A stretch of DNA of 35,009 nt, from assembly GCA_017995665.1 (NCBI GenBank), contig JAGOIM010000001.1:3992-39000 (forward strand), in the 5' to 3' direction. The notes under the pieces were generated by a model that was not told the DNA's origin, searched no databases, and saw only the letters and a list, made by a program, of their open reading frames with translations. The stretch comes from Anaerolineaceae bacterium (GTDB taxonomy: Bacteria > Chloroflexota > Anaerolineae > Anaerolineales > Anaerolineaceae). Numbering within the stretch: position 1 is the stretch's first letter; each line of letters starts with the position of its first letter. Both the position numbers and the translations under genes were made by a program. Positions 1 through 8,156 of the stretch are shown piece by piece.

Positions 1-269
1 AAAAAGCTGAAAAATTGCTCCAATATGGCGAACGCGTTTTGGGCGTAAGTGGCGGCACAGAAGAAGAACGCCTGCAGCGCACCATCGAAGCCTTGAGCGA
101 TTTCTTCCATTCGCTTGGAATGCCCACGACGCTGACGGCTTACAACCTCAACCCCAATATGGTAGCCCATGAAGTTCAGGAGCAACTGGTTGCCGATGGC
201 TTCTTGCGCGGCGAACACCGCGACGTCACCCCTGAAGATGTGGCAGAAATTTTGAGAATGAGCAAATAA
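1..269 (+). CDS. C-terminal fragment of an iron-containing (group III) alcohol dehydrogenase, YqhD/BdhA-like; 5' end lies outside the window
   Basis: The frame is open from the window edge (KAEKLLQYGERVLGV...). The tail '...ERLQRTIEALSDFFHSLGMPTTLTAYNL...GEHRDVTPEDVAEIL' resembles the C-terminal helical domain of YqhD-type dehydrogenases. Stop codon at 267-269. Confidence 0.5.
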   Translation, partial: KAEKLLQYGERVLGVSGGTEEERLQRTIEALSDFFHSLGMPTTLTAYNLNPNMVAHEVQEQLVADGFLRGEHRDVTPEDVAEILRMSK

Positions 270-345
270 TTTTTTCTTAGGGGAAGTCAAAAGATTTGTA
301 GGGCGTGGTTGAAAATGTTCTAACCTTGATATCATCATGCGTTAT

Positions 346-445
346 CCCATTTTCAATCCGCCTGCATAATGAAACCTAAACATCGGCGGATTGAATGGGC
401 GCAAGTTAAACCAAGCAAAAGGCAAAAAGCCCATTCAATCTCGCC
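346..445. repeat. Three copies of a ~16-nt motif (A 346-362 forward, B 385-400 inverted, C 429-445 forward) in a convergent intergenic region; B can pair with either A or C
   Basis: A is cccattttcaatccgcc, B is ggcggattgaatgggc and C is gcccattcaatctcgcc. B and C share a perfect 12-bp complement (gattgaatgggc / gcccattcaatc). Copy C overlaps the stop codon of the minus-strand gene. Confidence 0.4.
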
Positions 446-902
446 CTACCGATGACTCAATCAATTTAGCCGAACCAATCGCCTTGGCAATCAAGCTTTT
501 TACCTCCTGCGCCAAGATTTCGTTCCACTCAGTAATTGCATAAGAAGTGGGCCAAAGCGCACCATCATCCAACTTTGCCAAATCACTAAAACCTAAGGTG
601 CAATAGCGCGAGCCAAATTTCTCAGAGCCTTGGAAAAAGAACAAAACCTTATCGTCTTTGGTCCATGCCGGCATGCCATACCATGTCCGACAGCCCAAAG
701 CCGGAAAACTATGCTTGACCAACGCAAATATAGAACTAACAATTATCCGATCGTCCGGAATTAATTCTTCGATTTTATCCAAAACGGCTTGTTCATTCGC
801 TTCTTTGTTCTTCGCCTGCTTCAATTCCTTGGCACGTTCCTTCATTGCCCCTTTTTCAAAATCTGAAAAGCTATTGTCTTTTTCTGAATTTACATTTTTC
901 AT
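435..902 (-). CDS. DUF1801 / YdhG-like domain protein
   Basis: Motifs 'WYGMPAW' and 'KVLFFFQ' are typical of DUF1801. The ATG at 902 has a GAGGA Shine-Dalgarno 7 nt upstream. The ORF-track start at 920 is a TTG. Confidence 0.5.
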   Translation of the reverse strand: MKNVNSEKDNSFSDFEKGAMKERAKELKQAKNKEANEQAVLDKIEELIPDDRIIVSSIFALVKHSFPALGCRTWYGMPAWTKDDKVLFFFQGSEKFGSRYCTLGFSDLAKLDDGALWPTSYAITEWNEILAQEVKSLIAKAIGSAKLIESSVGRD

Positions 903-1015
903 GTTGATATCCTCAAGCAAGCCAACTACGACTGCTTAAGTCTAATTTTTGTCCAAAATCGTCGGGATATCAATAATCTGTCGAATATTTTTAGGAATGA
1001 AGCGAAAAAAACGTT

Positions 1016-1882
1016 TTAGCTCTTAAATAAATTAATTACAAGCGCACTTGCCAATTTCAGAAGCATCAAAAAATAATAAAACCAATTGAACAAGAAAAAA
1101 TATTCTTTTGCATAATGCTTCTTATAAAATAAATAATAAGAACGGTGCCACTCAACTATGCTTTTCCAGGGTTTTACGCCCGATCCACCTTTGCCACCAT
1201 AGTGGATAATTTTACTAATCGGCAGATAAACCACCTTCCAGCCAAGTTTTCCGGCCCGGATACAATAATCGCTGTCTTCCTGATAGGCAAAAAAAGTCTC
1301 GTCCAAATCCCCCACAGCTTGCCAGGTCTCCCGCCGAATAAACATGCACGAACCCGAAACGGCTTTGACCTCGGCTATTTCATCTTCCGGCAGCCAGGAC
1401 ATTAAATAACCGTTCAGACGCTTATTGTTAGGGAAGAGTTTCCCCAGCCCGGTGAAATAACCAAAGACCTCCAGAGGACGTGGCTCTCCCCTTCGGGATT
1501 GCTTCTGAAAACTGCCGTCTGCGTTCAAAACCTTCGGAATGCAAATCCCCACTTCAGGATGCGCTTTCAGATAATCGAGCTGAGGGTTAAAACAATCTTC
1601 AATGAGTTTCGTGTCCGGATTGAGCAAAAGCAAAAACTCACCCTTCGCCACATGCAACATTTGATTGTTCGGTTTGGTGAAACCCAAATTTTCATGATTG
1701 CAAATCAGCTGAACCTCAGGATATTCCTCTTCAAGCATTTGCAAGCTGCCATCAGTCGAATTATTATCTGCGACGATAATTTCATACTCACCCTTTGGCG
1801 GAAAAGCGCGAATCGAGTCCAGGCAATCCCGTAGATAGCTTTTTGAATTATAGGTCAGGATACAAATCGACAGTTCAGTCAT
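1016..1882 (-). CDS. Family 2 glycosyltransferase (GT2)
   Basis: 'ICILTYNSKSYLRDCLDSI', 'IIVADNNSTDGS' and 'NPDT' match the GT-A fold with DxD-like motifs. ATG at 1882, with an alternative GTG at 1888. The start overlaps the upstream YihY stop (ATGACTGA). Confidence 0.85.
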   Translation of the reverse strand: MTELSICILTYNSKSYLRDCLDSIRAFPPKGEYEIIVADNNSTDGSLQMLEEEYPEVQLICNHENLGFTKPNNQMLHVAKGEFLLLLNPDTKLIEDCFNPQLDYLKAHPEVGICIPKVLNADGSFQKQSRRGEPRPLEVFGYFTGLGKLFPNNKRLNGYLMSWLPEDEIAEVKAVSGSCMFIRRETWQAVGDLDETFFAYQEDSDYCIRAGKLGWKVVYLPISKIIHYGGKGGSGVKPWKSIVEWHRSYYLFYKKHYAKEYFFLFNWFYYFLMLLKLASALVINLFKS

Positions 1883-2855
1883 TTTCACTCACCGCAACTT
1901 CAGCCGCAAGCTGTTCTTTTTTGTTCATCATTTGAAAATTTATCGCATGGGTCAGGTGGGCACCCCAAAAAATGATGAAGCCGGTTAGGTAAAGCCAGGT
2001 CATCAGGTAAATAATTGAAGACAGCGAGCCATAAACAACTTCATAATTCGCAAATCCGGCTGTAATCGCCCAGCCAAGCCCCCTTGTAGCAAGCTCCCAT
2101 AAAGCTGCTGCTACAAAGGCTCCAATCAGCTTTGCCCGGAAAAGTACGTTGGCATGAAGTGGAACCCAACTATAGACCGCCAAAAAGAATAAGAATTTTA
2201 TCAATACAGGCAATAACAAGCGAACCCAGGCATAAAGCATTGTTTGCGTAAAACCAACTCCCCCAATTATGATTTTGTCCAAGTCAAAAAAGCCCTTGAT
2301 GGTACTAATCAGCAGTGATGCAATAAAAAGCAAAATCAGCACCAAAACCATAATTACTGCCATTGCCCTGTTTTGGATAAAGCCAGCCTTTTGTCCTTGG
2401 GGAAAAGCCCGGTTGACATTCCGAATCAGCTTATCAAAAACATTACTGGCAGACCAAATCAATGAGATCAATGCTATAACGGTCATCGTTCCCCGCTGTT
2501 CAAGCACGCCACTGATTAAATTGTTGATAAATTCCGCCGAAACGGGAATAAGTTCATGGAGAGCTTTTAATACAATATCTTGAACCACATTAATGGAAAC
2601 AAAGTTCGACCCGATTGAAATGATTGCGATCAAAACCGGAAAAATTGAGAAAAGTGCATAATATGAAAGCCCGGCTGCCGCTTCGGGACCGCGCATCAAA
2701 GTAAAATTAGTAGACGCATGGCGAATAACACCAAGGCTTCCCCCGCTTGCCTTGTTTAGCCGATAATAAAGCCGTTTCAACCGTTCGCGAAAGCTACCAG
2801 CAGGCTTTTCCGGCTTATCTTCGGATTTTTGCTCCTTTTCTTCTGATGCACCCAT
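1875..2855 (-). CDS. YihY/BrkB family membrane protein
   Basis: 'GLSYYALFSIFPVLI' plus about six hydrophobic spans match the YihY family layout. It overlaps the GT2 gene by 8 nt, indicating an operon. Confidence 0.8.
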   Translation of the reverse strand: MGASEEKEQKSEDKPEKPAGSFRERLKRLYYRLNKASGGSLGVIRHASTNFTLMRGPEAAAGLSYYALFSIFPVLIAIISIGSNFVSINVVQDIVLKALHELIPVSAEFINNLISGVLEQRGTMTVIALISLIWSASNVFDKLIRNVNRAFPQGQKAGFIQNRAMAVIMVLVLILLFIASLLISTIKGFFDLDKIIIGGVGFTQTMLYAWVRLLLPVLIKFLFFLAVYSWVPLHANVLFRAKLIGAFVAAALWELATRGLGWAITAGFANYEVVYGSLSSIIYLMTWLYLTGFIIFWGAHLTHAINFQMMNKKEQLAAEVAVSEND

Positions 2856-2861
2856 AGGCTG

Positions 2862-2867
2862 ATTATA
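2862..2867 (-). promoter_or_regulatory. -10 box TATAAT lying 6 nt upstream of the YihY ATG (leaderless candidate)
   Basis: The minus strand reads gcTTATAATcagcctATG. No Shine-Dalgarno lies between the box and the ATG. Confidence 0.4.
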
Positions 2868-2882
2868 AGCGATGATAAGTGC

Positions 2883-4775
2883 TTAGAGCCAAATTGCGCC
2901 CCCTCGTTTGAGGCTTGGAAAGCGCAATTCACCGACTTCAACGCCAAGATCTTCTCCACTAAAGAGGTTCTTCAATTTCTCTGCCCGATTCGGGTTAACC
3001 AAATCAGTCTGCAAAACAAAGCCTTCCTTTTGATCGGTTTTGCACGCGCTCAGAATGATTCGTTTGCTTTGCAACTGACGTTGGTAGATAAGTAAATTTT
3101 CGTCCCAATACAAGACTTGAAAACTTCCCTGCGCCAGAACTTCACTATTTTTGCGCAATTCAATCAGCTTTTGGTAAAAAGCCAGCAGGTCACAATCCCA
3201 TAGGCTTTCATCCCAGGGGAAGCAATTACGTTGCGCAAAGCCCTCTTCGTCTGCCAAACCAATTTCATCGCCATAATAAATGCAAGGAATGCCGGGAAAA
3301 GTAAATTGAACCATCAACGCCAGCCGAATCAGATACTCATCTCCCTTTAATCTCGTTCGCAAGCGCTCTGTATCGTGACTATCGAGCAAGTTAAACTGTT
3401 GTAAGGCAATCGTCCATGGGATTGCCGCCAGATTCTCCTGCCAGGTTCTCACCAGCTGATCGCTTCCCAAGGGTTTTTCGGAATGTAAAACGGTTTTATT
3501 GCCCAAGGCATGAATTTGAAAACCAGCCAGCCAATTGAGTAAAGGGTCGCTAAAACCGCTGTAATTCATCACGCCATCCCAGGCATCGCCCTGCAATTGC
3601 CCAGTTGCCTGGAAGAAATTTTCGCCCATCAGATAACTTTGGGGCTTGGTGGCTTTCACCGTCTTGCGAATGGCCGGAAGCACTTCGCCATCCAATTGTT
3701 GCTCGTCCAGGCGTCCCAGCATGTTGCCAACATCCACCCGCCATCCGTCAATATTATAGGGAGGTAAAAGCCAGCTTGCAAAAACACTTTTTTCATCCTC
3801 ATACATTTCGCTGCGCAACTCGGGATCGCTGTAATTCAATTTTGGCAAACTGCCAAAACCCATCCAGGAAACGTAATTGTCCGCCTCATCAAAGAAATAA
3901 GAAGCCCGCTTTGGACTGGCCGGCCCTTGCTTGGCTTCAAGAAACCAAGGATGCCTTGCTCCACTATGATTAGGAACAATGTCCAAGATAAGCTTCATTT
4001 TGTGCTCATCCAAAGCCTGACGCAGAGAAATCAGCGCTTCGTTTCCACCTAAGGTTTGGTCAACATTGCGAAAATCAACAACATCATAGCGATGGTTGGT
4101 GTAAGCACTGAAAATTGGGTTGAGGTAAAGCGCATTCACTCCCAAACGCTCTAAATAATCAAGATGCTGCTCAATCCCCTTCAGGTCGCCGCCATAGAAA
4201 GGAATCTTTGTGAGGCTTGCTTCGCCCGGCACGCCCCATGGATAAGTTTTTCGCAGAACCCCACCGGAGCCTTCAATTTCACCGTTTGGGTCATTTGTCG
4301 GATCGCCATTGGCAAAGCGGTCCGGGAAAATTTGATAAAAAACCGATTTACTCAACCAGTCAATCTCTTCTGTGTTTGCCAAAAGCAGGAAATCAAAAGG
4401 CGCAACCGGCATATAGCGGCTTACGCCCAAAGCGTTCAACCACCAAATCCGCCCTTCGGTCTGAATCGCAAAACGATAGGGAACACGTGGCTCGTTGACC
4501 AACAATTCCCCTTCCCAAATGTTCATTCTGCCCTGTTTTTTGAGAAAACGCATACTCGCCAATTGCTGTTCCCCATTCGGGATTGTCCGCAAAACAACCT
4601 GATCGGGCTTGCCTACAGTCGGCAACTCTAAGCGAATTTTGACAATCTCGCCCAGTTTTGGTCGAGGATTAGAAACATGATCTTTCGTTCCCGTATGCAG
4701 AGCTTGCCTGATCCATTCGGGGACTTCTTCAGAAAATTGGGGTGTTTGCAAAATTTGAGACACAGTGGCATTCAA
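2883..4775 (-). CDS. GH13 alpha-amylase-family glycosidase (maltodextrin glucosidase / neopullulanase-like)
   Basis: GH13 conserved regions are present: 'FYQIFPDRFANGD', 'GVNALYLNPIF', 'LILDIVPNHS', 'DGWRVDVGNM', 'MGENF' and 'LLDSHDTER'. The start is a TTG at 4775 and is uncertain. Confidence 0.85.
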   Translation of the reverse strand: MNATVSQILQTPQFSEEVPEWIRQALHTGTKDHVSNPRPKLGEIVKIRLELPTVGKPDQVVLRTIPNGEQQLASMRFLKKQGRMNIWEGELLVNEPRVPYRFAIQTEGRIWWLNALGVSRYMPVAPFDFLLLANTEEIDWLSKSVFYQIFPDRFANGDPTNDPNGEIEGSGGVLRKTYPWGVPGEASLTKIPFYGGDLKGIEQHLDYLERLGVNALYLNPIFSAYTNHRYDVVDFRNVDQTLGGNEALISLRQALDEHKMKLILDIVPNHSGARHPWFLEAKQGPASPKRASYFFDEADNYVSWMGFGSLPKLNYSDPELRSEMYEDEKSVFASWLLPPYNIDGWRVDVGNMLGRLDEQQLDGEVLPAIRKTVKATKPQSYLMGENFFQATGQLQGDAWDGVMNYSGFSDPLLNWLAGFQIHALGNKTVLHSEKPLGSDQLVRTWQENLAAIPWTIALQQFNLLDSHDTERLRTRLKGDEYLIRLALMVQFTFPGIPCIYYGDEIGLADEEGFAQRNCFPWDESLWDCDLLAFYQKLIELRKNSEVLAQGSFQVLYWDENLLIYQRQLQSKRIILSACKTDQKEGFVLQTDLVNPNRAEKLKNLFSGEDLGVEVGELRFPSLKRGGAIWL

Positions 4776-4788
4776 CCATTTAACGAAG

Positions 4789-4831
4789 CTGCGCTTGCTT
4801 TTCGATTGAAATCATCAAAAAGCAAGCACAG
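4789..4831 (-). terminator. Stem-loop between dpaL and the GH13 gene
   Basis: ctgcgcttgctttt ... aaaagcaagcacag forms a ~13-bp stem with one wobble. No clean U-tract follows. Confidence 0.4.
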
Positions 4832-4843
4832 TTTTATTAATTG

Positions 4844-6103
4844 TTATTCTTCATCCGTGAATTTTGTCCGGTATTCTGTCGGAACCGGCATAAGCCCATC
4901 CCAAACCACCTGACGGAATTCATCCGGGGAAGTGTTGCCTTCTGAATTAATCAATAAGACTTGCGAGTCCTCATTCAGACCCATCGCTTCGCGCAATTCC
5001 CGGGCTCCTTCATAATTCATCGTATACATCAACGCGCCTAAGGAAACCGCGCCGGATTCTCCGGAAACGATAAAAGGATCGCCGCTGAGGGGTGTGGAAT
5101 AAACCCGCATCCCCTTGGCTGCTACATAATCCGGGCAGATTGCAAAATAATCAGCGCAATTATAGAGTGTTTCCCAAGCAAGCGGATTTGGATCGCCACA
5201 AGCCAAGCCGGCCATGATAGTGTCCAATTCGCCTTTGACACTATGCGGTTTTCCATCACCTATGCGCAAGGATTCGTAAAGGCAAGCCGCTTTGGTAGGT
5301 TCGACGACCATCGAAAGCGGAATGTTATCATCAAAAAGCTGGGAATAATAGCCGATTGCCGCCGCAGCCAGCGATCCGACGCCAGCCTGTACCAAAACAT
5401 GCGTTGGTCGACTCAAACCCATCCCTGTAAATTGCTCTTGCGTTTCAACAAACATGGTGGCATAACCCTGCATAATCCATTTCGGGACATCTTCATAACC
5501 TTCCCAGGATGTATCAGAGATAATCTCCCAACCATTCTTTTTTGCGTCAATATTCGCCTGACGAACTGCATCGTCATAATTACCATCAACCACAACCACT
5601 TTCCCGCCCTGGCGTTCAATTCCGCGAATGCGGTCTTTGGTTGTCAGCGAGTGAACGTAAATAATTGCCGGGAAACCCATCATGTGTGCTGCCCAGGCAA
5701 CACCTGTGCCATGGTTTCCATCGGTTGCGGTTGCGAAAACCGGGTGACCAAGTTTTTCACGATTCACGCCATTTAATTGGATCAAATCCTTCAACGAGAC
5801 ACTTTCGTCAAAACCACCCCGTTCCAACAATCTGCGATAGATTGCGTAAGTACCGCCTAAAACTTTGAAGGAAGGCAAGGAAAGCCGGTTGGATTCGTCT
5901 TTAACATAAATTCCACCTAAACCCAAACGCCTGGCAAGTAAAGGCAAGCTTTTCAAAGGGCTCATATGATAGCCAGGAATTGAACTATGTACTTTCCGTA
6001 CTTTCTGACCCAAACCTGGGGGGAAGAGCTCCGCCGCAAGTTGAGATTTAGGATTTTGCAGGGCGTGCTCATTAGCCAGCCATTGAATAGGAACTTCTGC
6101 CAT
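4844..6103 (-). CDS. dpaL: Diaminopropionate ammonia-lyase (PLP-dependent, fold type II)
   Basis: 'VKDESNRLSLPSFKVLGGTYAI' carries the PLP lysine motif, and 'ATDGNHG' and 'GVGSLAAA' are also present. The ATG at 6103 (MAEVPIQ) has a GAGG Shine-Dalgarno 5 nt upstream. The longer track ORF (to 6196) has no support. Confidence 0.7.
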   Translation of the reverse strand: MAEVPIQWLANEHALQNPKSQLAAELFPPGLGQKVRKVHSSIPGYHMSPLKSLPLLARRLGLGGIYVKDESNRLSLPSFKVLGGTYAIYRRLLERGGFDESVSLKDLIQLNGVNREKLGHPVFATATDGNHGTGVAWAAHMMGFPAIIYVHSLTTKDRIRGIERQGGKVVVVDGNYDDAVRQANIDAKKNGWEIISDTSWEGYEDVPKWIMQGYATMFVETQEQFTGMGLSRPTHVLVQAGVGSLAAAAIGYYSQLFDDNIPLSMVVEPTKAACLYESLRIGDGKPHSVKGELDTIMAGLACGDPNPLAWETLYNCADYFAICPDYVAAKGMRVYSTPLSGDPFIVSGESGAVSLGALMYTMNYEGARELREAMGLNEDSQVLLINSEGNTSPDEFRQVVWDGLMPVPTEYRTKFTDEE

Positions 6104-6196
6104 ACTTACCTCAATTAATAAACAAATTTCTATGTTAATCTTATCACAAAGAGGTTGAGAGCTGTAAATGAATTTCCTGTCGCCGCTCTTCTGCAA

Positions 6197-6205
6197 TGCT
6201 ATAAT
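6197..6205 (+). promoter_or_regulatory. Extended -10 TGcTATAAT lying 6 nt upstream of the ATG at 6212 (leaderless candidate)
   Basis: The sequence reads aaTGcTATAATctacccATG. There is no Shine-Dalgarno. Confidence 0.45.
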
Positions 6206-6211
6206 CTACCC

Positions 6212-6616
6212 ATGAAAACAGAAATCATCAAAGCTTATTATAAAGAACGCGGTCTTGCCTGGGCAGACCAAAAAAGCGCATTGCTCTTCTTCCTCTCCGA
6301 GGTTGGCGAGCTTGCCGAAGCCTGCCTTTCCATCGAACCGGTTGAATTTAGCCCGGAAGAAAAAGCCTTGCTCCAAAACTTTTCAGATTTGGGCATGCAA
6401 GCCGACGAAATCGTCTCACGAAAAGATGGTTGGATTCGCAACAACGACCGCTTGCGCAAAGAAAACATCGCTCACGAAGCGGCTGATTGCAATATGATGC
6501 TCTCAGTATTTATGGAAGGCCACAATGGACAGTCCCCTGACGAGGCACTATTAGAAAAAATGGATGCAAAGTTAGGGTTTTCGCTACTTGAGAAATATCC
6601 GAATCTCAAGGCTTGA
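6212..6616 (+). CDS. MazG-like nucleotide pyrophosphohydrolase domain protein
   Basis: 'LFFLSEVGELAEA' and 'HEAADCNMML' follow the EExxE/D helix pattern of the all-alpha NTP-PPase family. The start is taken at MKTEII. Confidence 0.5.
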   Translation: MKTEIIKAYYKERGLAWADQKSALLFFLSEVGELAEACLSIEPVEFSPEEKALLQNFSDLGMQADEIVSRKDGWIRNNDRLRKENIAHEAADCNMMLSVFMEGHNGQSPDEALLEKMDAKLGFSLLEKYPNLKA

Positions 6617-6644
6617 TACGCAAGCCGCTAAAAAGAGGCTTAAC

Positions 6645-7145
6645 TTACAACAATTCGCGATAAATTGCCAAGGCTCGTTCGGAATAGCAGCAGAAAATAA
6701 CTTTTTCGATACTCTTTAACGAGTCTTTCATACTCTTTACGCTTTCGATGGCAACCGCAGCAGCTTTTTCCAGCGGATAGCCATAAACACCGCTGCTGAT
6801 TGCAGGAAAAGCGATTGACATCAAAGCATGCTTTTCCGCCAACAACAAACTATTTCGATAACATGCCGCGAGCAAATCCGCTTCGCCATTTCCGCCGCCA
6901 TGCCAAACCGGGCCGACCGTATGAATTACATAACGGGCAGGCAAATTATATCCATCGGTGATTTTCGCTTCGCCCGTTTCGCAACCGTTCAGTTTTCTAC
7001 AGGCATCCAACAACTGCGGACCGGCTGCCTTGTGAATTGCCCCGTCAACCCCTCCTCCGCCCAAAAGCAAGCGATTCGCCGCATTGACAATTGCATCGAC
7101 GTCTAAAGTAGTGATATCCGCCAACATAGCGACCAATTCGATCAT
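6645..7145 (-). CDS. Macro domain protein (O-acetyl-ADP-ribose deacetylase, YmdB-like)
   Basis: '[31 protein letters not shown]', 'VIHTVGP' and '[14 protein letters not shown]' are diagnostic macro-domain motifs. Confidence 0.85.
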   Translation of the reverse strand: MIELVAMLADITTLDVDAIVNAANRLLLGGGGVDGAIHKAAGPQLLDACRKLNGCETGEAKITDGYNLPARYVIHTVGPVWHGGGNGEADLLAACYRNSLLLAEKHALMSIAFPAISSGVYGYPLEKAAAVAIESVKSMKDSLKSIEKVIFCCYSERALAIYRELL

Positions 7146-7165
7146 ATCGTCCTTCTTTTAAATCA

Positions 7166-8059
7166 TTACAAATTGCTTTCGAGCGGTTGGAATCCTTCGC
7201 CAAGCGCTTCATTGGCATGCCCGACCACCATAAAAGCTTTCGGGTCGGTATCATGAACCAGTGTTTTCAGTCGGACAACTTCTCCGGGAGTGACAACGCA
7301 ATAGAGAATCGGTTTGTCATCATTGGTATAACTGCCCTTTGCCTGGATAATCGTCGCACCTCTGCCCAATTCATCGCTGATTGCGGAGGCAACTTCTTGC
7401 GTTTTGTTGGTAACAATCATCGCCGAGCGAACTGCATTGTTGCCCTGAGAAATCATATCAGCGGCAACTCCGCTCAGGTAAATCATGATTAAGCCATAAA
7501 GAGCCTTATCCCAAGAGAAAACGAAGCCGGCCAAAATTACCGCCAGAGAATCGGTGAGCATATAGGAGGTCGAAATCGACATGCCCAAGCGTTTATTCAT
7601 AATTCGCCCTATTATGTCAGTGCCGCCACTGGTCCCGCGACCCAAATAAACCAAACCCAAACCAACTCCAAGAAGAATGCCACCGAAGATTGTCGCCAAA
7701 AGGATATCGCCTGTGAAAGGTTGCGAGTTAGACAATTGAAGCAAAAGATCGGTAAAGACCGAATAGGAAATAACACAAAGAATTGTCCGAATTGCGAAAC
7801 GAGGTCCTCCCAAATATCGCCATCCCATAATAAAGAGAGGGATGTTTGCAATGATGGTCATTAAGCCGATGGGTAAACCGTAAACATAATATCCCAATTG
7901 AGCAAAACCACTGACACCACCGCTGACCAACTCGTTGGGAACCAAAAAATATGCCAGAGCAAGCGCCTGGACAAAACCACCGGCGATGATTAAAGCGAAG
8001 TCTTTCGCTGTTCGCCAGTTAAATTCCAATGAACGAAAAAACGATTTAATTTTATTCAT
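7166..8059 (-). CDS. YitT family membrane protein (C-terminal DUF2179)
   Basis: There are five to six TM spans with 'GGVSGFAQL', then a soluble C-terminal domain 'MIVTNK..EVASAI..ELGRGATIIQAKGSYT'. A GGAGG Shine-Dalgarno lies upstream. Confidence 0.8.
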   Translation of the reverse strand: MNKIKSFFRSLEFNWRTAKDFALIIAGGFVQALALAYFLVPNELVSGGVSGFAQLGYYVYGLPIGLMTIIANIPLFIMGWRYLGGPRFAIRTILCVISYSVFTDLLLQLSNSQPFTGDILLATIFGGILLGVGLGLVYLGRGTSGGTDIIGRIMNKRLGMSISTSYMLTDSLAVILAGFVFSWDKALYGLIMIYLSGVAADMISQGNNAVRSAMIVTNKTQEVASAISDELGRGATIIQAKGSYTNDDKPILYCVVTPGEVVRLKTLVHDTDPKAFMVVGHANEALGEGFQPLESNL

Positions 8060-8071
8060 TCCAAAACCTCC

Positions 8072-8098
8072 AAAACAAAAAACGGCAAGTTTGCCGTC
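8072..8098 (-). terminator. Rho-independent terminator (hairpin plus U-run)
   Basis: The minus strand reads gacggcaaacttgccgttttttgtttt. It lies between the DUF1906 gene and the yitT Shine-Dalgarno. Confidence 0.6.
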
Positions 8099-8112
8099 AA
8101 TGGATTATAGCC

Positions 8113-8138
8113 TATCCCACCCCGTTTGGGGTGGGATA
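8113..8138 (-). terminator. GC-rich 11-bp perfect hairpin just after the stop of the 8157-10091 gene
   Basis: tatcccacccc gttt ggggtgggata. No U-tract follows on the minus strand. Confidence 0.45.
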
Positions 8139-8156
8139 TTATGGACTTTTTACAAT

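Noticed and set aside
658-939. Many 60-120-aa ORFs from the track that overlap annotated genes, for example 658-939, 1145-1405, 2269-2583, 3605-3973, 5243-5776, 13434-13823 and 29480-29995.
   Set aside because: Each is embedded in or antisense to a longer ORF with clear family motifs. None has an independent SD or promoter, or any recognisable motif.
1201-1209. A DnaA-box-like AGTGGATAA (8/9 match to TGTGGATAA).
   Set aside because: It is a single imperfect copy inside the GT2 coding sequence. There is no cluster, no AT-rich unwinding element and no dnaA/dnaN nearby.
8104-8109. A TATAAT (minus strand) between the two hairpins upstream of yitT, which would start a transcript directly at a terminator hairpin.
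   Set aside because: It has no -35 or TGn. The simpler reading is that both hairpins terminate the upstream gene and yitT is read through or uses another promoter.
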